From Octopus sinensis (taxonomy: Eukaryota): DNA of 19,137 nucleotides. The translations under genes and the position numbers were made by a program. The DNA lies in assembly GCF_006345805.1 (NCBI RefSeq), contig NW_021824353.1:1-19137 (forward strand). The letters are read 5' to 3'. Below are positions 18,356 through 19,137 of this stretch, one piece after another. Numbering within the stretch: position 1 is the stretch's first letter; the number at the start of each line of letters is the position of its first letter. The notes beneath the pieces were generated by a model, which was not told where the DNA came from, did not search any database, and saw nothing but the letters and a program-made list of their open reading frames with translations.

Positions 18356-19137
18356 CAGGGTGCGGTGAATAAAGCTGTCGTCTAAATTACGCAAAAATGA
18401 AAATAACACTGATGTCTGTCTCATTTTAACAGATATATTTACCAAAATTACATGAAAATACCTTAAAATACTAAAGAGTAAATTTATTCAATAAAATCGC
18501 CACTAGCTTCAACCACGGTCTCCAGTGGCCTTCGGAATCTCCTGCAACTTTTCTGGACGGCCACCTTGTTTAATTTGGCGAATGCCGCCACAATCCTTGC
18601 TTTCAGTTCATATTTTGTGTGTTACAAGGAGTTTTGTGGGTCTCTTGCTCAACAGCGCCCCACACATAATAATCTAGGGGGTTACAGTCTGGGGAGTTAG
18701 GTAGCCAGATGTTAGGGGTGATGTGGTTGCAGAAATTGTCTGACAGCCATAACTGGGTACTCTTGCTTGGGTGGCATGGAGCAGAGTCCTGTTGCCAGAC
18801 ATAGGGTCTTCCAGCAGCCACCCTCTTGACCCAGGGGAACACTACCTCCTCCAAGCACTTGATATATGCCTTCATGTTGAATCTGAAGCCGTGTGGGAAG
18901 ATGAATGGAGACATAACATTGCCATCACTAGTGATCACTCCAAACACCATAATGTTGACTGGGTGTTTGATTTTTATCACTCTCGGTACATGTCCTCAGA
19001 TTGACACCTAAACACTCTGAAATGTTCGTACCGGAGCTTCAGGCGCGAATACCAAACTGTACATCATGTCGTTTCCAAATTTCTGGCAGTCTGAATTGTG
19101 TCTTGATGCCGTTTTTACTCACAGACGTCCCAACTGA
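18356..19137 (-). mobile_element. Tc1/mariner superfamily DNA transposon, DD37D (maT-type), internally deleted; other TIR lies beyond the window
   Basis: TA at 18354-18355 then TIR-like CAGGGTGCGGTGAATAAAG; transposase remnant inside. Confidence 0.88.
18484..19090 (-). pseudogene. DD37D transposase pseudogene
   Basis: KHPVNIMVFGVI..WQQDSAPCH..SPDCNPLDYYVW, with 37 residues between the 2nd and 3rd catalytic Asp. A frameshift near 18615 leads into YELKARIVAAF..SGDFIE* (stop 18484-18486). The N-terminal remnant (PEIWKRH..IRA*SS..CLGVNLRT) is fused directly to the catalytic region near 18990. Confidence 0.88.

Overview
Eukaryotic, gene-poor, repeat-dense DNA. The SINE families and very high microsatellite density fit an Octopus (coleoid cephalopod) genome; this is inferred from family recognition, not a database hit. 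I can support no intact protein-coding gene, rRNA, true tRNA gene or CRISPR array. Almost all ORFs in the track come from (TG/TA/CA/TATG)n tracts or SINE sequence. The window holds four tRNA-derived SINE families (my labels A-D; A, C and D have a CORE-like domain), two mariner-derived MITEs, an internally deleted DD37D (maT-type) Tc1/mariner transposon running off the right edge, a probable RTE-like LINE 3' end, and a ~3.7 kb purine-pyrimidine-alternating block. Best leads: (1) a ~1.3 kb foldback (6140-7470) with arms of tandem ~120-150 bp units around a ~210 bp loop carrying splice-signal-bounded exon candidates; (2) two plus-strand microexon candidates (3 nt at 8486-8488, 12 nt at 16149-16160); (3) a small palindromic MITE-like element; (4) a SINE tail shared with the LINE remnant; (5) a compact non-repeat island with NRF1, IRF and CRE motifs. 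The window may be intronic sequence of a large gene, but that cannot be shown from it alone. Repeat boundaries are approximate (about +/-10 bp).
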